Positions 45,576 through 59,331 of a stretch of DNA of 64,000 nucleotides are shown here, piece by piece; within the stretch, counting starts at the first letter, position 1, and each line of letters begins with the position of its first letter. The stretch covers positions 53,940,001-54,004,000 of the forward strand of contig OX597828.1 in NCBI GenBank assembly GCA_951406725.2, read 5' to 3'. This DNA comes from Octopus vulgaris (lineage: Eukaryota). The notes under the pieces were generated by a model that did no database searches, was not told where the DNA came from, and worked only from the letters and a program-made list of their open reading frames with translations. The position numbers and the translations under genes are program-made.

Positions 45576-45775
45576 CAGCACGGACTTTGTCAGTGAACAG
45601 GTCGCGGATTTTAGCGACGAAAATATTTTGACAAATTAAACTTAAATGTTGGAGTGAATCGAACGGCTTTTGTGTGTTTCTTAAATGGCTTACAGACACC
45701 TTCCACGCTGCAATTGTTTTCGTTTCAGCACACGATCTCAGATCAAATCACTTGCTATGCGAGTACATCTCCGTA
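45576..45775 (+). mobile_element. HHR-bearing short repeat inserted in (AAT)n between two SINE-A copies
   Basis: Flanked by taataataacaatc on both sides (45563-45576 and 45774-45787) and starts with the HHR variant. Confidence 0.6.
45586..45635 (+). ncRNA. Type I minimal hammerhead with compensatory G3-C8 core
   Basis: UUUGUCA GUGAACA G GUCGC-GGAUUUUA-GCGAC GAAA AUAU UU UGACAAA: 7-bp stem I, 5-bp stem II, palindromic stem III. Confidence 0.75.
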
Positions 45776-46378
45776 ATAATAACAATCCTTTCTATTAACG
45801 GCACAAGGCCTGAAATTTTGGAGTAGGGAACTAGTCGATTTCATCAACCACAGTACTCAACTGGTACTTATTTCATCGACCCCTAGAGGACAATAGGCTA
45901 AGTCGACCCCGGAGAAACCAGAACGCAAAGACGGATGAAATGCCGTTTAGCATTTTGTCCGGTCTGCTAACGATTCTGCCAGCTCACTGCCTATCTGCAT
46001 GTACATACATAAGCACACGTATCTTTTTCTTTTCTTTTTTTTTATCGGGGTACGGGGTACGGGGAGTGTTCGTAGCCCATTATAGGGGCTCAGGAGGTTA
46101 GCAAGAGGGAGGAAGAGAGGGAGCCAGAAACGGGAAGCCTGGCCCCGAGTGCCCGCAACAGCATAGCGTTCCCAAAGCAACTAAGACGCGGCGCAGGTGG
46201 AAGTAGGCCACGGTAAGATTTGAACTCGGAAGCTTTACATCATGAACAGATAAGAAATAAGAAAAACCCGCACCCACCCAGCCACACACACACACACAAC
46301 TGCAAATAAAGTTCTTAAACAACGAAAACACACAAAGAAAATTAATGACATAACAATATAAGTAACAAAAACAACAAC

Positions 46379-46617
<239 letters not shown>

Positions 46618-48638
46618 ATGTGACTCTAGTTTCAACGGTGGCAAATTACACTGACAGAGAGAGAAAAAATCCTCTACCGAAACACGAAACTTGCGAACTA
46701 AGATTACGCCAACTACCAACAACAGTAATGTGTGTGTGTGTGTGTGTGTGTGTGTAGACAGAACAAACGGAAGATTTCTGATTTTCCGCCTTGTGCATTA
46801 GACAAGAGATCACTATGCATATGTTATATATAGACACGTGTGTGTGAGTGTGCGTAGGCTTTGAGAGAAGCAAAGGAGAGCAAGAAAAAAAAAGAAATTA
46901 AAGCTATTTCGATACATCAACTTGTGTTGAAAACCGGTAGAATTCTTCTGATGGTATTAATTGCAACGAGAGGAAAGCATAGACAAGGGTTTACGAAGGT
47001 GGAGGAGGAGTTAATTAATCAGAGAAAGATTTACCACGCCGAGTGGGTTAAGGTAGCGAACGCTCTAACCGAGGTTCGAATCTCAGTTAAGTTGAGCTCC
47101 CAATAAAACCAATATATTTTCATTCGGGGAAGGAGGGGAAGAGAAAGGGCGAAGTGAGAGGTGAGAGGAAGAGAAGAGAGAAGCAAGAGGGGAGAGGAAG
47201 AGAAAGGAGAGGAACAGCAAAAAGAGGAAGAGAAAGGGGAGGGGAGGAGAGAGGAAGAGAGAAGACAAAGGTTTAATGGAAAACCTTGCTAACTGGGAGC
47301 TAACATGTTGCACTTGTTTAACCCTAGGTCAGTCCTATGATCAAGTTGATTACGTTGGGGTCCACAATATCCAGTGCGTCCTAATTTCTACAACAAACCA
47401 GGATAAGTAAACAAACAGGAAATGAAACAGAGAGAAAGATACTACGTGTTCGCAGCATCCACTAGAAACAGCACCCAGGTTACTCTCAAATTACAACCCA
47501 TGGTTTTAAATAACGAAAGAATACAGACATCGGAACAGTTATAAATGGAAAGCCTTAAATCCTAACTCAACTTGCTTCATGATATAACCTGGTGTTAAAC
47601 AACAACAACAAACTCAATTTAGGTATGAACACCACTACCTCAGAAGGAAACACGTGTTCAACAAGTGCAGGAATGATATTATGATTCTCGCAGAAACAAT
47701 TCTCTTCATCTTGGCAATAGAAAGCTAGGCAGACGACTCGAGAAAATACACAGCGTCACCGAGATTTGACAATAAACAAGCGACGGGGAAATCATTGATG
47801 ACAACTTACAGCATATGAATAAATAAATTTCTGTTTCGCATATAAAAACAAATACTGCAAACGCTGTGAATTAGGCTAAATATGTTTTATACGATGTAAA
47901 ATGTAGAAAGAGTGTAAGCTTATTATATTTTACACCTTACTGTGTTGATATAGACGATCGAGCCCCGTTTTTGCTATTTTTCTACCCACCACCATTTCCT
48001 ATGGTGCCCTTAAAAATCAGGTTGATTCTAGGATTATTTTAAGGTAGCGCAGTTTCGGGGCGGTAGCGAAGGGTTGACGGTGACAAGGTTAAGGAGAAAC
48101 ATCTTGAAGCAAGGAGCAGCCAAGAGCACAGAGTGCAAACCTTTGCACTGAATGAACCCAAAGGGAAACAAAATAGTCCCGCCCCTCCTTCAAGGCTCTG
48201 TTTATCTTCTTGGCTTCAAGAAAAAAAAAAGTGGGGGCAATCTACCCCTTTCGTGTTTATACACATACCTTCACTTACTTCTTCACTGCATGTTTACGCG
48301 TCTCTTTCTTTCATTCTTTCGTTTGTCCCCTCTCACTGTCCCCATCTGTTTCTCCATCTATCAATCTCTCTATATCTCTATGTCCATATATCTCTCTAGA
48401 TATCTATATTTCTCCACCAGTCACTATCTCTCCCCAGCTACTTACATATCCAGCTATATCCATCTTCATCTATTTATCTGCCTATCTATCTCTCCTTCCG
48501 TGTGTGCGTGTGTGATCAAACAAGTTGTAATGTGACCTTCCCCACAGCAAAAAAGAGTGGGAGGGTGGGGGTGGAAAAATACATCTGGTGCTGGAATAAG
48601 GGCAACATGGCATTAGACAAACATAATGGAGAAAGAGT

Positions 48639-48673
<35 letters not shown>

Positions 48674-48749
48674 GCTGGGAAAAAAAGCAAGTGAAGGTAG
48701 GCAGGGCTGAATTCAAACAATACACAAAACAAAAGATAACCAATAAATA

Positions 48750-48786
<37 letters not shown>

Positions 48787-48810
48787 ACAAAACGTAAGAA
48801 GCCGCTACAT

Positions 48811-48975
48811 AAGGGGTACCCAAACTTTTTAGACCATCGACCCCTTCATGGAATCCTTGACCCCCCCTCATCGACCTCTAGGTATGTACAAGAAAATAAA
48901 TAAGTAGATGTGGATTTATCGACCCCTTAAATAGTCCCATCGAACCCCCAGGGGTAGATATCGACTACTTTGCTC
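48811..48975. mobile_element. Decayed hAT-like MITE
   Basis: Starts aggggtacccaaactttt and has repeated subterminal atcgacccc motifs. The right TIR is poor. Confidence 0.45.
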
Positions 48976-49219
48976 TACGTGGTGGTCAGTCTGCTAAAAA
49001 CAGCTGCCGATTCACCCTCAAATAACATAACCGAATAAAACACATGCACACACGCACAAATCAGAATAACTAATGTAGTTCTAGGTATTATAACGAATGA
49101 AACTGAAAAGCAGAATGATTGCAGCAGGAAATGCCTTGCCATAATAAATCGGATCGATAGGAGCTGACCTGGGGTTAAAGAACGACAATAACAAAAACAA
49201 CAAAAAGCACGTAAAGTCA

Positions 49220-49510
49220 AACGAAAATGCCGCTAAGCATTTTACGCGCGGTGCTAACGATTGTTCCATCTCGACGCCTTAATTAAATATTGATTTCAAA
49301 TTTTGTCTCAAGGCCAGCAAGTTCGGGGGTGGGAAGAGTAAGTTGATTACATCGCCCCCAGTATTCAACTGGTACTTGCTTTATCGACCCCGAAAACATG
49401 AAAGGAGATGTACGACCGCAGAGGAATTTGAACTCTGAACGTAAAGATGGACGAAAATGCCGGTAAGCATTTTTCCTGACGTGTTGACGCTTCTGCCAGT
49501 TCGTTGCCTT
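49220..49510 (-). mobile_element. SINE-A copies
   Basis: Family body and heads. Confidence 0.78.
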
Positions 49511-50789
49511 AATTAAATATTACTAGGTATTCTCGACCGAGAAATAACACTTATTGACAATAATAATAACGATGATGATTCCTTTATTTACCACTCACTA
49601 AGGGTTTACACAAAATGCAACAGCGGTACAAGACGATAGAATGCAATATGTGAGGATACGTGAAGGTGAGTAAAGAGTTAAAATAGCAAAAAAAAAAATT
49701 CAAACGTGAAAAAATTGGCGAAAGTTAGGAAACCTCACAAGAATCAATCGCTCTCACCAATTAGAGCAAATGCCTTCTCCTCGTCCTCTTCCCTCGTTCT
49801 ACAGGCGCAAACTCAAACCAGGTTCGTTTACTCGGATCATCCTTGCCACATTGATCCGTCTTTCAACAAATTTGCTGGAAAACAGCAATTCCTTTTCTAC
49901 CCCCATTTTCCTTTCCGAAATAAACTTAGTAATAAGTTTATGAGGATTTGGCCAAATACAATAATAGTAATCTTTTCTACTCTGAAACGTTGAGGGAGGC
50001 GGTGAGTCCATTACATCGACCCTAGCGTTCAACAGGCACTTATTTTATCGACCTCGGCGAAAAGATGAAAGGCAAAGTCGACCTCCGCGAAATTTGAACC
50101 CAGCAGGTAAAGAACCGAAAAAAAAAAATGCCACTCAGCATTTTACCCATCAATTCTACGAGCTCTACAGTCCAGAACGGTAAGAGGATCAGTGTTGTTA
50201 CTACAATAACATGGAGAGAGAGAAAGGCAGACAGGAGAAAGTGAGAGAGAAAGAGACATAAAGAGAGAGATTAACACGTGTCTTTATAAGCACTCCTTTC
50301 AATTTATTATAGAGAGAAGGTTAAGAAAGATTTGTGGTGATAAACGCTGCAAGTCTCCTTCTCTCCTAATGAGTTTAAGTTAATCCCCTGTTGGAATATT
50401 CGAGGGAGCTGTCTTATAAACTCCACTGTTTAAACACAGAGGAGTCCATAGGTTTATGATGCCAATTAAGATACAGCTGATTAACTGAGCAAAACAAACA
50501 ACACATGCAAACAAACACACGTTCCCGTTTAAATACGCGTGCAGGAGAGGGTTGTTGTATATGAACACACATACACAGGCATGTTCTAGGGAGGTTTGTT
50601 TGCACTTTAATCCGGGGCCAGAGTCAGGGGGGTAAGAAGTACATTGTGTTATGTCAGAATATTAATTACCTGTAAATGAACATTAAAGGTGATGGTTGTT
50701 CAAGAACGAGATCTAATAACACATGGATATGTGAGTGTATATATACACACACATATACACACACACACACATATATATATATAAAATAT

Positions 50790-50952
50790 TCATTTATATT
50801 TGTATTTATATTCCTGTAACATCGTCTGTTTTTCCGTCCTTGTTTTTGTATACATTCGATGCTTTCTTCCAAGGAATCTAATGCTCTTAGCTTAGTTTTT
50901 CCTTGGGGCTGGCCAGATTGGAGCAATCTCAAGATTAATCAGCCGAAATTGC
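50790..50952 (+). mobile_element. Diverged solo relative of the 842-bp array terminal repeat, opposite orientation
   Basis: Shares cattcgat.c.ttcttcca.g.aatcta and an identical aatctcaagattaatcagccgaaatt. Confidence 0.8.
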
Positions 50953-50960
50953 AAATACAG

Positions 50961-51272
50961 CCCCCTCACTGCGTTGTGAGTGCATAGAGTTGTCAACGTC
51001 GACAGCAAGTCAAGGAGCAGAGTTCCTCAAGTGGCTCGGTGCCCTCTTTGGCACCGTTTCAGTAATTCTATGGTAGTCAGAGCTCTCCAGATCTTCACTT
51101 AGGAGAAGGCCACTCCAATGTAAAACCTACCGGTCACCATGGCTGTCTTTGCCCGCTTAGTCTCAGTGGTTAGACCTCCAAGTCAAGAGAATGAAATCAG
51201 ATTGCGTGGACAGACTCTCACTTTAGAACTACTAAGCGCAGGCAGGAAGAAAAACCCGGCGGCATCAAGGAT
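50961..51272 (+). repeat. ~310-bp dispersed repeat, copy 1 (possibly RTE 5'UTR-like)
   Basis: Roughly 90% identical by eye to 54762-55070. Confidence 0.85.
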
Positions 51273-52567
51273 TGGTTTACACGGTCACATGAGGGTGGTC
51301 CGCTCTTCCGTATGACCTTCGGATCATATGGGAGAAATTAGTTTCATCATAGATACTCCAGTTTGTTTTTCCAACATTCTAAAAGAACTTCAGGCCTGTG
51401 CTTTAAGAGAGAGATTTGGCTGCTATTTCTTGCAAGTCGAGGCTTAAGGTAGCGGTTCCCACATTAATCCTTACTGTGTATGTGTGTGTGTGTGTGTGCG
51501 CGCGCATGTGTGTGTATGTGATGAAGAGAAAACGTAGTTTGGTACCAAGGCTGTTGAGAAATAGTAACAACGGTTTCAATACATTGAATGTGCAAGCAGC
51601 TACAAGAACAGCAGCAGCAGCAGCAGCAGCAGAAAAGAGTACTTTATTAGACATTCATCAAACCTTTCTGAGTGTCTTTATGTTATTTAGACCACGGGAT
51701 AGGTGGTAGTGGTGGTGGTGGTGGTGACTGTTGTTATTGAAGGCGAAGGAGAGAGAGCACTGAGTGGAGTGTGTCAAAGATCAGATCTGCCAGCCAGTGG
51801 TAGGAACAGGAAGAAATACCGTATTTACATAAAAAGGGAGCTGAAGGCTGCCAGTAAAGAAAGGTCTTAGGTAGATGAGAAGGAAGTAGCTTGAGCGACG
51901 TAGACGGAGGAGTTAAGGTGAGGGTTGTCAGAGGGAGACGGGAGGGCGGCAGGGCGGCTCGAAAGAGCTGTCATCTCATCTCAGTCAACTCAATACTAAG
52001 TATGTTAAGAGAAGTCCATTAAGTGGCGCACACCAGTGAGAAAAACAGAGAGTAAGGGCAGCATCGAAGAGCAGAGATGCCAATAGTGAAAGTGGCGATG
52101 GGGATGGTAAGAACGATGGCGAGGCTGCTGATGAAACAAACAATCACATTATTATTATTAGTAGTATTATTAACAACAACAACAAAAATACGATTTCAGC
52201 ACTCGGCATTCTACAAGCTAAAATACTGAAGTTGGAATGATACTGTTGGGGGTAGAGACAGACGAAATTATACTTTCAATCTCATCCTCACACCCCAGCC
52301 CCTCCCAGACATACACACATACACATCACTCCGCCTTTTTAGAAATGAAGCAAGAGATAGACGGAAGTATGTGTGTGTGTGTGTGAGAGAGAGAGAGACA
52401 GACAGAGAGAGAGACAGACAGACAGACAGAGAGAGAGGGGGGACACACGGACAGACATTAATCGAAGATGATTGAGAAATGAGTGAATGAAAGACACCAC
52501 AACCACACACTGAGACACGCTTTCACACACACACACGTACACACACACACACACACACTGAGACACG

Positions 52568-52602
<35 letters not shown>

Positions 52603-53420
52603 ACACACACGCACACACAGACACAGACACGCACACATATTGCGTTAATTGCAAAGCACAGCTCGACTGCATTAGTGGAGGTCAAGGTGTAAATTGCAGA
52701 GAGGTTCTGCCAAAATGGACACAAGCGTTTCCTTCAGCAGATTGAACTTTCATTCACCAAATTACCAGTTTGCATTAGATTGAGACGAAGTTTTTCTCTG
52801 GTGATGGATAATTTCACAAAAGATGGCTGTTATCTCCCATCTCTCTCTCTCTCTCTCTGCTTAAGATTATTGATGGTGATGGCGGTGATGATAAAAGGTA
52901 GTGATGGGGGTGGAGGTGGTGGGTGGTGCTAATGGTGATGGTGATCAGGAATGTGGTGGTGGTGGTGGTGAGTTGGATGATGACATTAGACATTGAAAAG
53001 CAGTGTCTGTGAGAGGAGAGCGTGGTGGTGGGGGGGGGGTTAAGAGAAAGAGTGAGAGAAAACAGAGAGAAAGAATGAAGGACAGACAGACAGACACGGT
53101 TTCTATAACGGCTATTTAAGGATGGATAATTATAAATTTCACCTTAAAAACAACGAGAAAGAGAAAAACACAGAGCGAGAAGCAGAGAGACAGACAGACA
53201 GACAGACAGAGAGAGAGGCAGACAGAGAGAGAGAAAGAAAGAGAGAGGCAGACAGACGTTAGCTGTCGGTTCATTTGATAAGAACTAATTTAAGTGTAGA
53301 AGACAATGGTAAATACTACCTTGAGACAAGAACATTCGATGGAAACACATTGACGGAGGGTGGGGTGAGGGGGTGGGAGATGGAATATGAACGGACATAC
53401 ATTTAAATACAAATACATAG

Positions 53421-53454
<34 letters not shown>

Positions 53455-54591
53455 ATATATATATATATATATATGAGGGGGAGAGAGGGAGAGCGTAGGG
53501 AATCTGGGTGGTTGGTAGGCGTGGCAGGAAAACAGAGAAAGCGATGCTGCAATAACAATACTTTTGACGACAACATACAATCAGAACAAAAACGACAAGA
53601 AGAACATCAACAATAGAGACATGAAAAACGAACAAAAACAAAAAAAAAAAGAAAGTAGTGAAGAACTGTAGTGGCAGGTAATAGGAGAGGGGAGGAGGAG
53701 TGATATATATATATGTGGGGAGATGAGCCGTCTATTGTGTATATTAAGTGGGTGTCTGCGAGTATGTAGATGCGTGAGATTATGGTACAGCTATGCATGC
53801 GGAAAGGGGCAGATATTGGTATAGATGGTGTCTCTACCTGCGGAGAAATAGCAGTCTTTGAGTTCAGTGTGTCTGTAAAGAGCTTCACACAAACACACAG
53901 ATTAATTTATTTAGTCTACCGGTGCATTTAGCGGGTACGTTATGTTGGGAAATCCGTATTTGTAGACAATTATTTAATGCTTACGTAACTTATAATTGTC
54001 TACAAATATGATTTCGAAACCCTAAGGTGTCTCCAAATGTACCGGAAGGCATTATTATTAACAATATTCTCTTCTATTTGACTATGTAGGGCGTTCTTTT
54101 TTCAATTCTGACTTTCTACGCTAACTTTCCACACTACCTGTATGTGTAAAGAAGTGTATTCTCACGCAGGTAAAAAAATATAGGAGAATATAAGATCAAA
54201 CGTTCCAATGCTCACAGGATTCTCAATCGGTTATATTAATGTCAATCTGTGAAACTCATTGAAAATTCTGTGAACATTTGATCGTTTAAACACATTTTTT
54301 TCCCGAATTTTATCTTGTAACTTCTAACTCTTAAACTATTTATTTATATATTTAAAAAAAAAAATTTTATCATTGATAAGCAAAAGTTTGCCGAAACAGG
54401 TTTGGTATTTGAATAAATCTATTACAAAATCCAAAAGCGACTACTACACGTTTTGAGATTCAGGTGCATTTTCAAATCCCAAAACACACACACACACATT
54501 AACCGATAATGAACAAGTAACATATTTAGAATCATTATAGAACATATAATTTACAATAGTGACAGTACAGGTTAGTTATAAAAACAAAGTC

Positions 54592-54606
54592 TCTTACAGC
54601 TGTTTC
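54592..54606 (-). ncRNA. 3' half of a Penelope-type hammerhead (remnant)
   Basis: GAAA CAGCUG UA AGA with palindromic stem III. No core upstream. Confidence 0.4.
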
Positions 54607-54761
54607 TAGAAACATTAATTGTATGCCCTGGGTATGAGTTTCGATTGTATCCGGTAGTGGGGCCTTGGTTCGGGTGTCCCAGGGTTCTGAGAAGAGTGGC
54701 ACCACCTCTTGGTCAATTTTGTTCCCAAGTCTATTCTGACCCAGAAGCTGCCAACCCCCAA

Positions 54762-55070
54762 CCCCCCACTGCGTTGTGAGTGCATCGAGTTGTCAACGTC
54801 GACAGCAAGTCAAGGAGCAGAGTTCCACAAGTGGCTCCGCGCCCTCTTTGGCACCTTTTCAGCAATTCTATGGTAGCCAGAGCTCTCCAGATCTTCACTT
54901 AGGAGAAGGCCACTCCAATGTAAAACCTACTGGTCACCATAGCTGTCTTTGTCCGCTTAGCCTCAGTGGTTAGACCGCCAAGTCAAAAGAATAAGATCAG
55001 ATTGCGTGGACAGATTCTCACTTTAAAATTACTAAGCGCAGGCAGGAAGAAAAACCGTGGCATCAAGGAT
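54762..55070 (+). repeat. ~310-bp dispersed repeat, copy 2
   Basis: Same start and same end (ggcatcaaggat) as 50961-51272. Confidence 0.85.
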
Positions 55071-55553
55071 GTTATTGAGTAAAGAATTCTACGTAAGCTA
55101 AGTATCTTGTCATGGGAGAGAGAGGGAGAAAGAGAGAAGGGGAGTGAGAGAGAGAGAGTGAAGAAAATATAGAAATGCAGAATAGCTGCAAACAAGGATA
55201 TTAGTAGTTTACCAGTTCTTCGAGAAACCAAGAAATTTCCAGAGTGAAAGATAGATTGCAATTGGTATTTTCATGATCGAAGAGTTAATAGAATCCTAGG
55301 TAAAAGACAACGTCAGCAGTTCCATAGGTAAAGTATCTAGGATAATCCCTGGTAGAGGATAATGGAAGATTATCAGCACCCTCCACATACATACATATAT
55401 ATTCTAAGATGGAACTGATAGCTACATATATATTTTTACTCAGCACAATGTTTATATTATAAATCAAAGGTCCTTGAATGATACCAAATGTTTTTCATGT
55501 TCATTATCTGTTATGGCCTATGCCAGGGGCGTAACCAGCCAACTTATGCGTAC

Positions 55554-55945
55554 CGATCACGCTCGGATGGTGCCAAGAGCACCATCCGAGCGTGATCGTT
55601 GCCAGAGCAGCCAACTGGCTTCCGTGCCAGTGGCACGTAAAAGGGCACTATTCGAGCGTGACCGTTACCAACGTCGCTTCACTGGCACCCGCGCTGGTGG
55701 CATGTGTAAAAGGATTCGAGCGAGGTCGTTGCCAGTACCGCCCGACTGGCCCCCGTGCCGGTGGCACGTAAAAAGAACCCACTACACTCTCGGAGTGGTT
55801 GGCGTTAGGAAGGGCATCCTGCAGTAGAAACTCTGCCAAATCAAGATTGGAACCTGGTGCAGCCATCTGGTTCGCCAGCCCTCAGTCAAAATCGTCCAAC
55901 CCATGCTAGCATGGAAAGCGGACGTTAAACGATGATGATGATGAT
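55554..55945 (+). mobile_element. 5'-truncated RTE-type retroposon 3' region with three ~70-bp subrepeats, (GAT)n tail and 20-bp 5' foldback
   Basis: cgagcgtgatcgttgccag...gtggcacgtaaaa x3, gttggcgttaggaagggcatcc, gacgttaaacgatgatgatgatga. Confidence 0.82.
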
Positions 55946-57278
55946 TTACACTGATGAACCACTTCTAACCATCTGATACACAAACATATGGGATGGGCAT
56001 GGTTAGACCGCCTTAGATCATAGGACTGCTCGATGAAAGCTGACTTGAGATTTAAGCAACAATGTCGAGAGCCTCTTCGTAGTCACTCAACCGGCAAGAA
56101 CATTACATGCCCGTCGCTAAAGGGGTGCACTGGACGTTACTGCCCACTCCCGCCCTCACTATTCAAAAGTGCACCCCCAGATTTACTCTACATTATCATT
56201 ATTACAAATTAATGGCCATCCAGAATATTCTGAAGCACCCTCAGGTACCAAAGTCTGGCGAGGGGCCTGGAACATCAGCTAAATTTTACTCAAATTACAC
56301 TGTAACCCCAAATGATAATATTGTGTCTGTAAATCAAAAAGACGGGATAGCCACGGTTGGGAGTCCTTCGATGACTAAATCAGGGCTGGACTGGATAAGG
56401 AGTGGCCTGGAACGCCATTGAAATTTTTGAAGGGACCAACCCGACAAGGGACAGTAACGAATAATTATTTTCACAGGACCCCAATTTTCTAAAGTGTTTG
56501 TGTTTCGGTGATGTAGGGGTGAGGAGGGGAGACAAGGTGGACACTAACATGTTCCTTCTTACGGGACCTGCAATGCTGACAGGAAGGGGACCACAGACTG
56601 GTGCCATTCTTCACACCCTACACCCTATAACCCGTACCCCACCCACCCAACATAATTGATTGCAACCACTGGTACCTTACCCAAACCCACCTCTCTCTTT
56701 CCCTTCTCTCGTTGACCCCTTTCATGCACTCCTCTCACTTCCCCTCTCCTGCCATCGTTCACTCACCTCTACATCTATTCAAACGACAACGACCCACCCC
56801 TTCTCTTCTTTTTCCTCCTCCTTTCATATACTGCCTCTTCTCTCACCCAATACCTCTTACTATTCCCCACATTCCATGCGGTTCACACTCATTCTCTCAC
56901 TTCCACTCAATCCCAGACCACTCTTTCATTCTATCTCTTCTTACACAACGAAAGAGTCACGTGGTCGGCTATCCTGGTAGAGACAGCACACAAATGTCCG
57001 TCAAATCATACCAGCTGACTGCGTTAAAACACCTCAGATAATGAACTCCCCGGCTCCCTGTACATCGGAAAGACAGGATGGTCACATGTGGGGTATCTTT
57101 GATCATAGGTCTGCTCCATCGAAGTTGAATTAGGGCTAAAAGGCAATGCTCCTTTCCTCTCCAATTCTCTCCTCACTCTCCTTCCTCCCATCACTCTCCC
57201 TCTTCTCCACTTCAATGCTTTCTCCTCTCACCCACTACCAACATCCTTTTCTGCACTAGGTCTTCATCACAAATCATC

Positions 57279-57312
57279 ATATATATATATAAATACATAA
57301 TACATATATATA

Positions 57313-57345
<33 letters not shown>

Positions 57346-57520
57346 AATACATACATACATACATATATATACATATATATATACATACACATATACATAC
57401 ATATATATATACATATATACACATATATATACATATATACACATATATATACATATATACATATATATATACATATATATACATATATACACATATATAT
57501 ATATATATATACATATATAT

Positions 57521-57553
<33 letters not shown>

Positions 57554-57606
57554 TATATATATACATATATATATACATATATACACATATATACATATAT
57601 ATAAAC

Positions 57607-57647
<41 letters not shown>

Positions 57648-57830
57648 TACATATATAAACATGTGTATATATATACATATATACATGTGTGTATATATAT
57701 ATACACACATATACATATAAACATACGTATGTGTACATATAAATATACACATATATACACACGTGTGTGTGTGTGTACATTATATATATATATATAAAAT
57801 GTACACACACGAACACACACACACATACAT
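57279..57830. repeat. Compound (TA)/(CA) microsatellite
   Basis: Seen directly. Confidence 0.97.
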
Positions 57831-59053
57831 TGTGTGTGAGTATTTGTTATGTGTGGCTGTAGAGAGAGAAAGAGATGTTATAAGACAATATAATTGGTTC
57901 CAGTTACTTCCTATCAAAAACAACAAAACAATACTCCCCATCCCTTTCTCCCACCCTCAACCCACTTCCCCCTTCTCTCTCTCTCTCTCGCTCCTTATAC
58001 ACACTCCCACATTTTCTACCACCCTGCTCCTACCTACATCCCACCCTGCCCACATACACACACACCCATTCCTCCGTTCTTTGCAGAGATTCTTGTCTTT
58101 TCTCTCTGAAGAAACAAATCCACAACACATGTAAAGAACAACTATCAAAAGCCCTAACCGGACCCCCGCGACATCAACCCCCACCCCATATACACACACA
58201 CCCCTGCACATCATCCACCCGCCGACGTCATTGTCATCGACAGCAGCAAACAGCAGCAGTTGTAGGACTAAGAACACCAAACGACAAACCAACGGGTACA
58301 TTGAGCAACCCCCCAACCCACACTGAGCCACCCGATCACACACCAACTTGTATCAACAAATACAATACAACGCAAAACAAATAAACGGGTGCATTGTTTC
58401 AGGAGGCTGAACAGGAGGAGGGATCGAATCCAATGACGACTGGGGCGGTGGGAATGGAAAAATAGTGTTGATTGGGGTGGATGGTAGTAGCAAAACAAAC
58501 CCCGGATAGGAGAAATAAGGACGAGACGGGTGGGGGGAAGAAAGAAAAAGACAAAGACGAAAACAAGAAAAAGATCATATATATATATATATGTGTGTGT
58601 GTGAGGAGAGCAAGCACATTACGTAATGTAGTCCTAGATAAATGTGTACAAAAAAACCCCAAGGTGGACGATTTGGGGCATACATAGGTTGACTGAGGAC
58701 TTCACCACTCTTCATATTGGATGTATGTGTTTGTGTGTTGACGTGTGTGCGCGCGTGTTTGTACTTGTGTAAATTGGTGTATACCATGGCTCTGAAAGTT
58801 GGGTAACGGTCTAAAGGTCAACTTTGGTATTTGTTGAATAGTAATGGATTAACTATGTACTAAAGCATTGAAAACGTAAGCAACTACAAGTATCATGCCT
58901 CAGACAGCGTGATACTCGAACAGCGTGCCGTGTAGTATACTGCAATCATTCAGGCCAAAAATTAAAACACCGCTACTCCCTTTTACTTCGAGCCTGAACG
59001 ATTGCAGGATTATCTACATTCGACGGATATTTGTCTTCATCTTGTTTGTTGTT

Positions 59054-59096
59054 AACACGTTTCGGCTGATATACCCTCCAGCCTTCATCAGGTGTC
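59054..59096 (-). ncRNA. Minimal type I hammerhead, cleavage-site region deleted
   Basis: GACAC CUGAUGA A GGCUG-loop-CAGCC GAAA C GUGUU, 3 nt shorter than the partner copy. Confidence 0.75.
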
Positions 59097-59181
59097 TTGG
59101 GGGAAATTTCGAACCTGGGTTCTCATTCCTAAGGTATTTTTCGATGTTCTTATTATTACTATTATTACTATTATTATTGTT

Positions 59182-59249
59182 CAGGTCACTGCTTGGAATC
59201 GAACCCGGAATCTTGGCGTTAGTAGCCCGCGCTCCGAACCACTACGCCA
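59182..59249 (-). pseudogene. tRNA-like SINE head (not a functional tRNA)
   Basis: A box TGGCGTAGTGG, anticodon-like loop CT-ACT-AA, B box GGTTCGATTCC. Acceptor stem incomplete. Confidence 0.8.
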
Positions 59250-59285
59250 CGGGCATATGGCGTAGTGGTTAAGAAATTTCCCCAA

Positions 59286-59331
59286 GACACCTGAAGAAGG
59301 CTGGAGGGTATATCAGCCGAAACGTTGTGTT
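59286..59331 (+). ncRNA. Minimal type I hammerhead ribozyme (Penelope type)
   Basis: GACAC CUGAAGA A GGCUG-GAGGGUAUAU-CAGCC GAAA CG UU GUGUU. Confidence 0.85.

Noticed and set aside
50665-50720. CAG|GTAATT as the donor of the upstream SCAPER exon
   Set aside because: In-frame stop within 11 codons and no similarity to SCAPER.
59182-59273. tRNA-Ser(ACT) gene
   Set aside because: Acceptor stem is broken and the sequence is embedded in a repeat, so it is treated as a SINE head.
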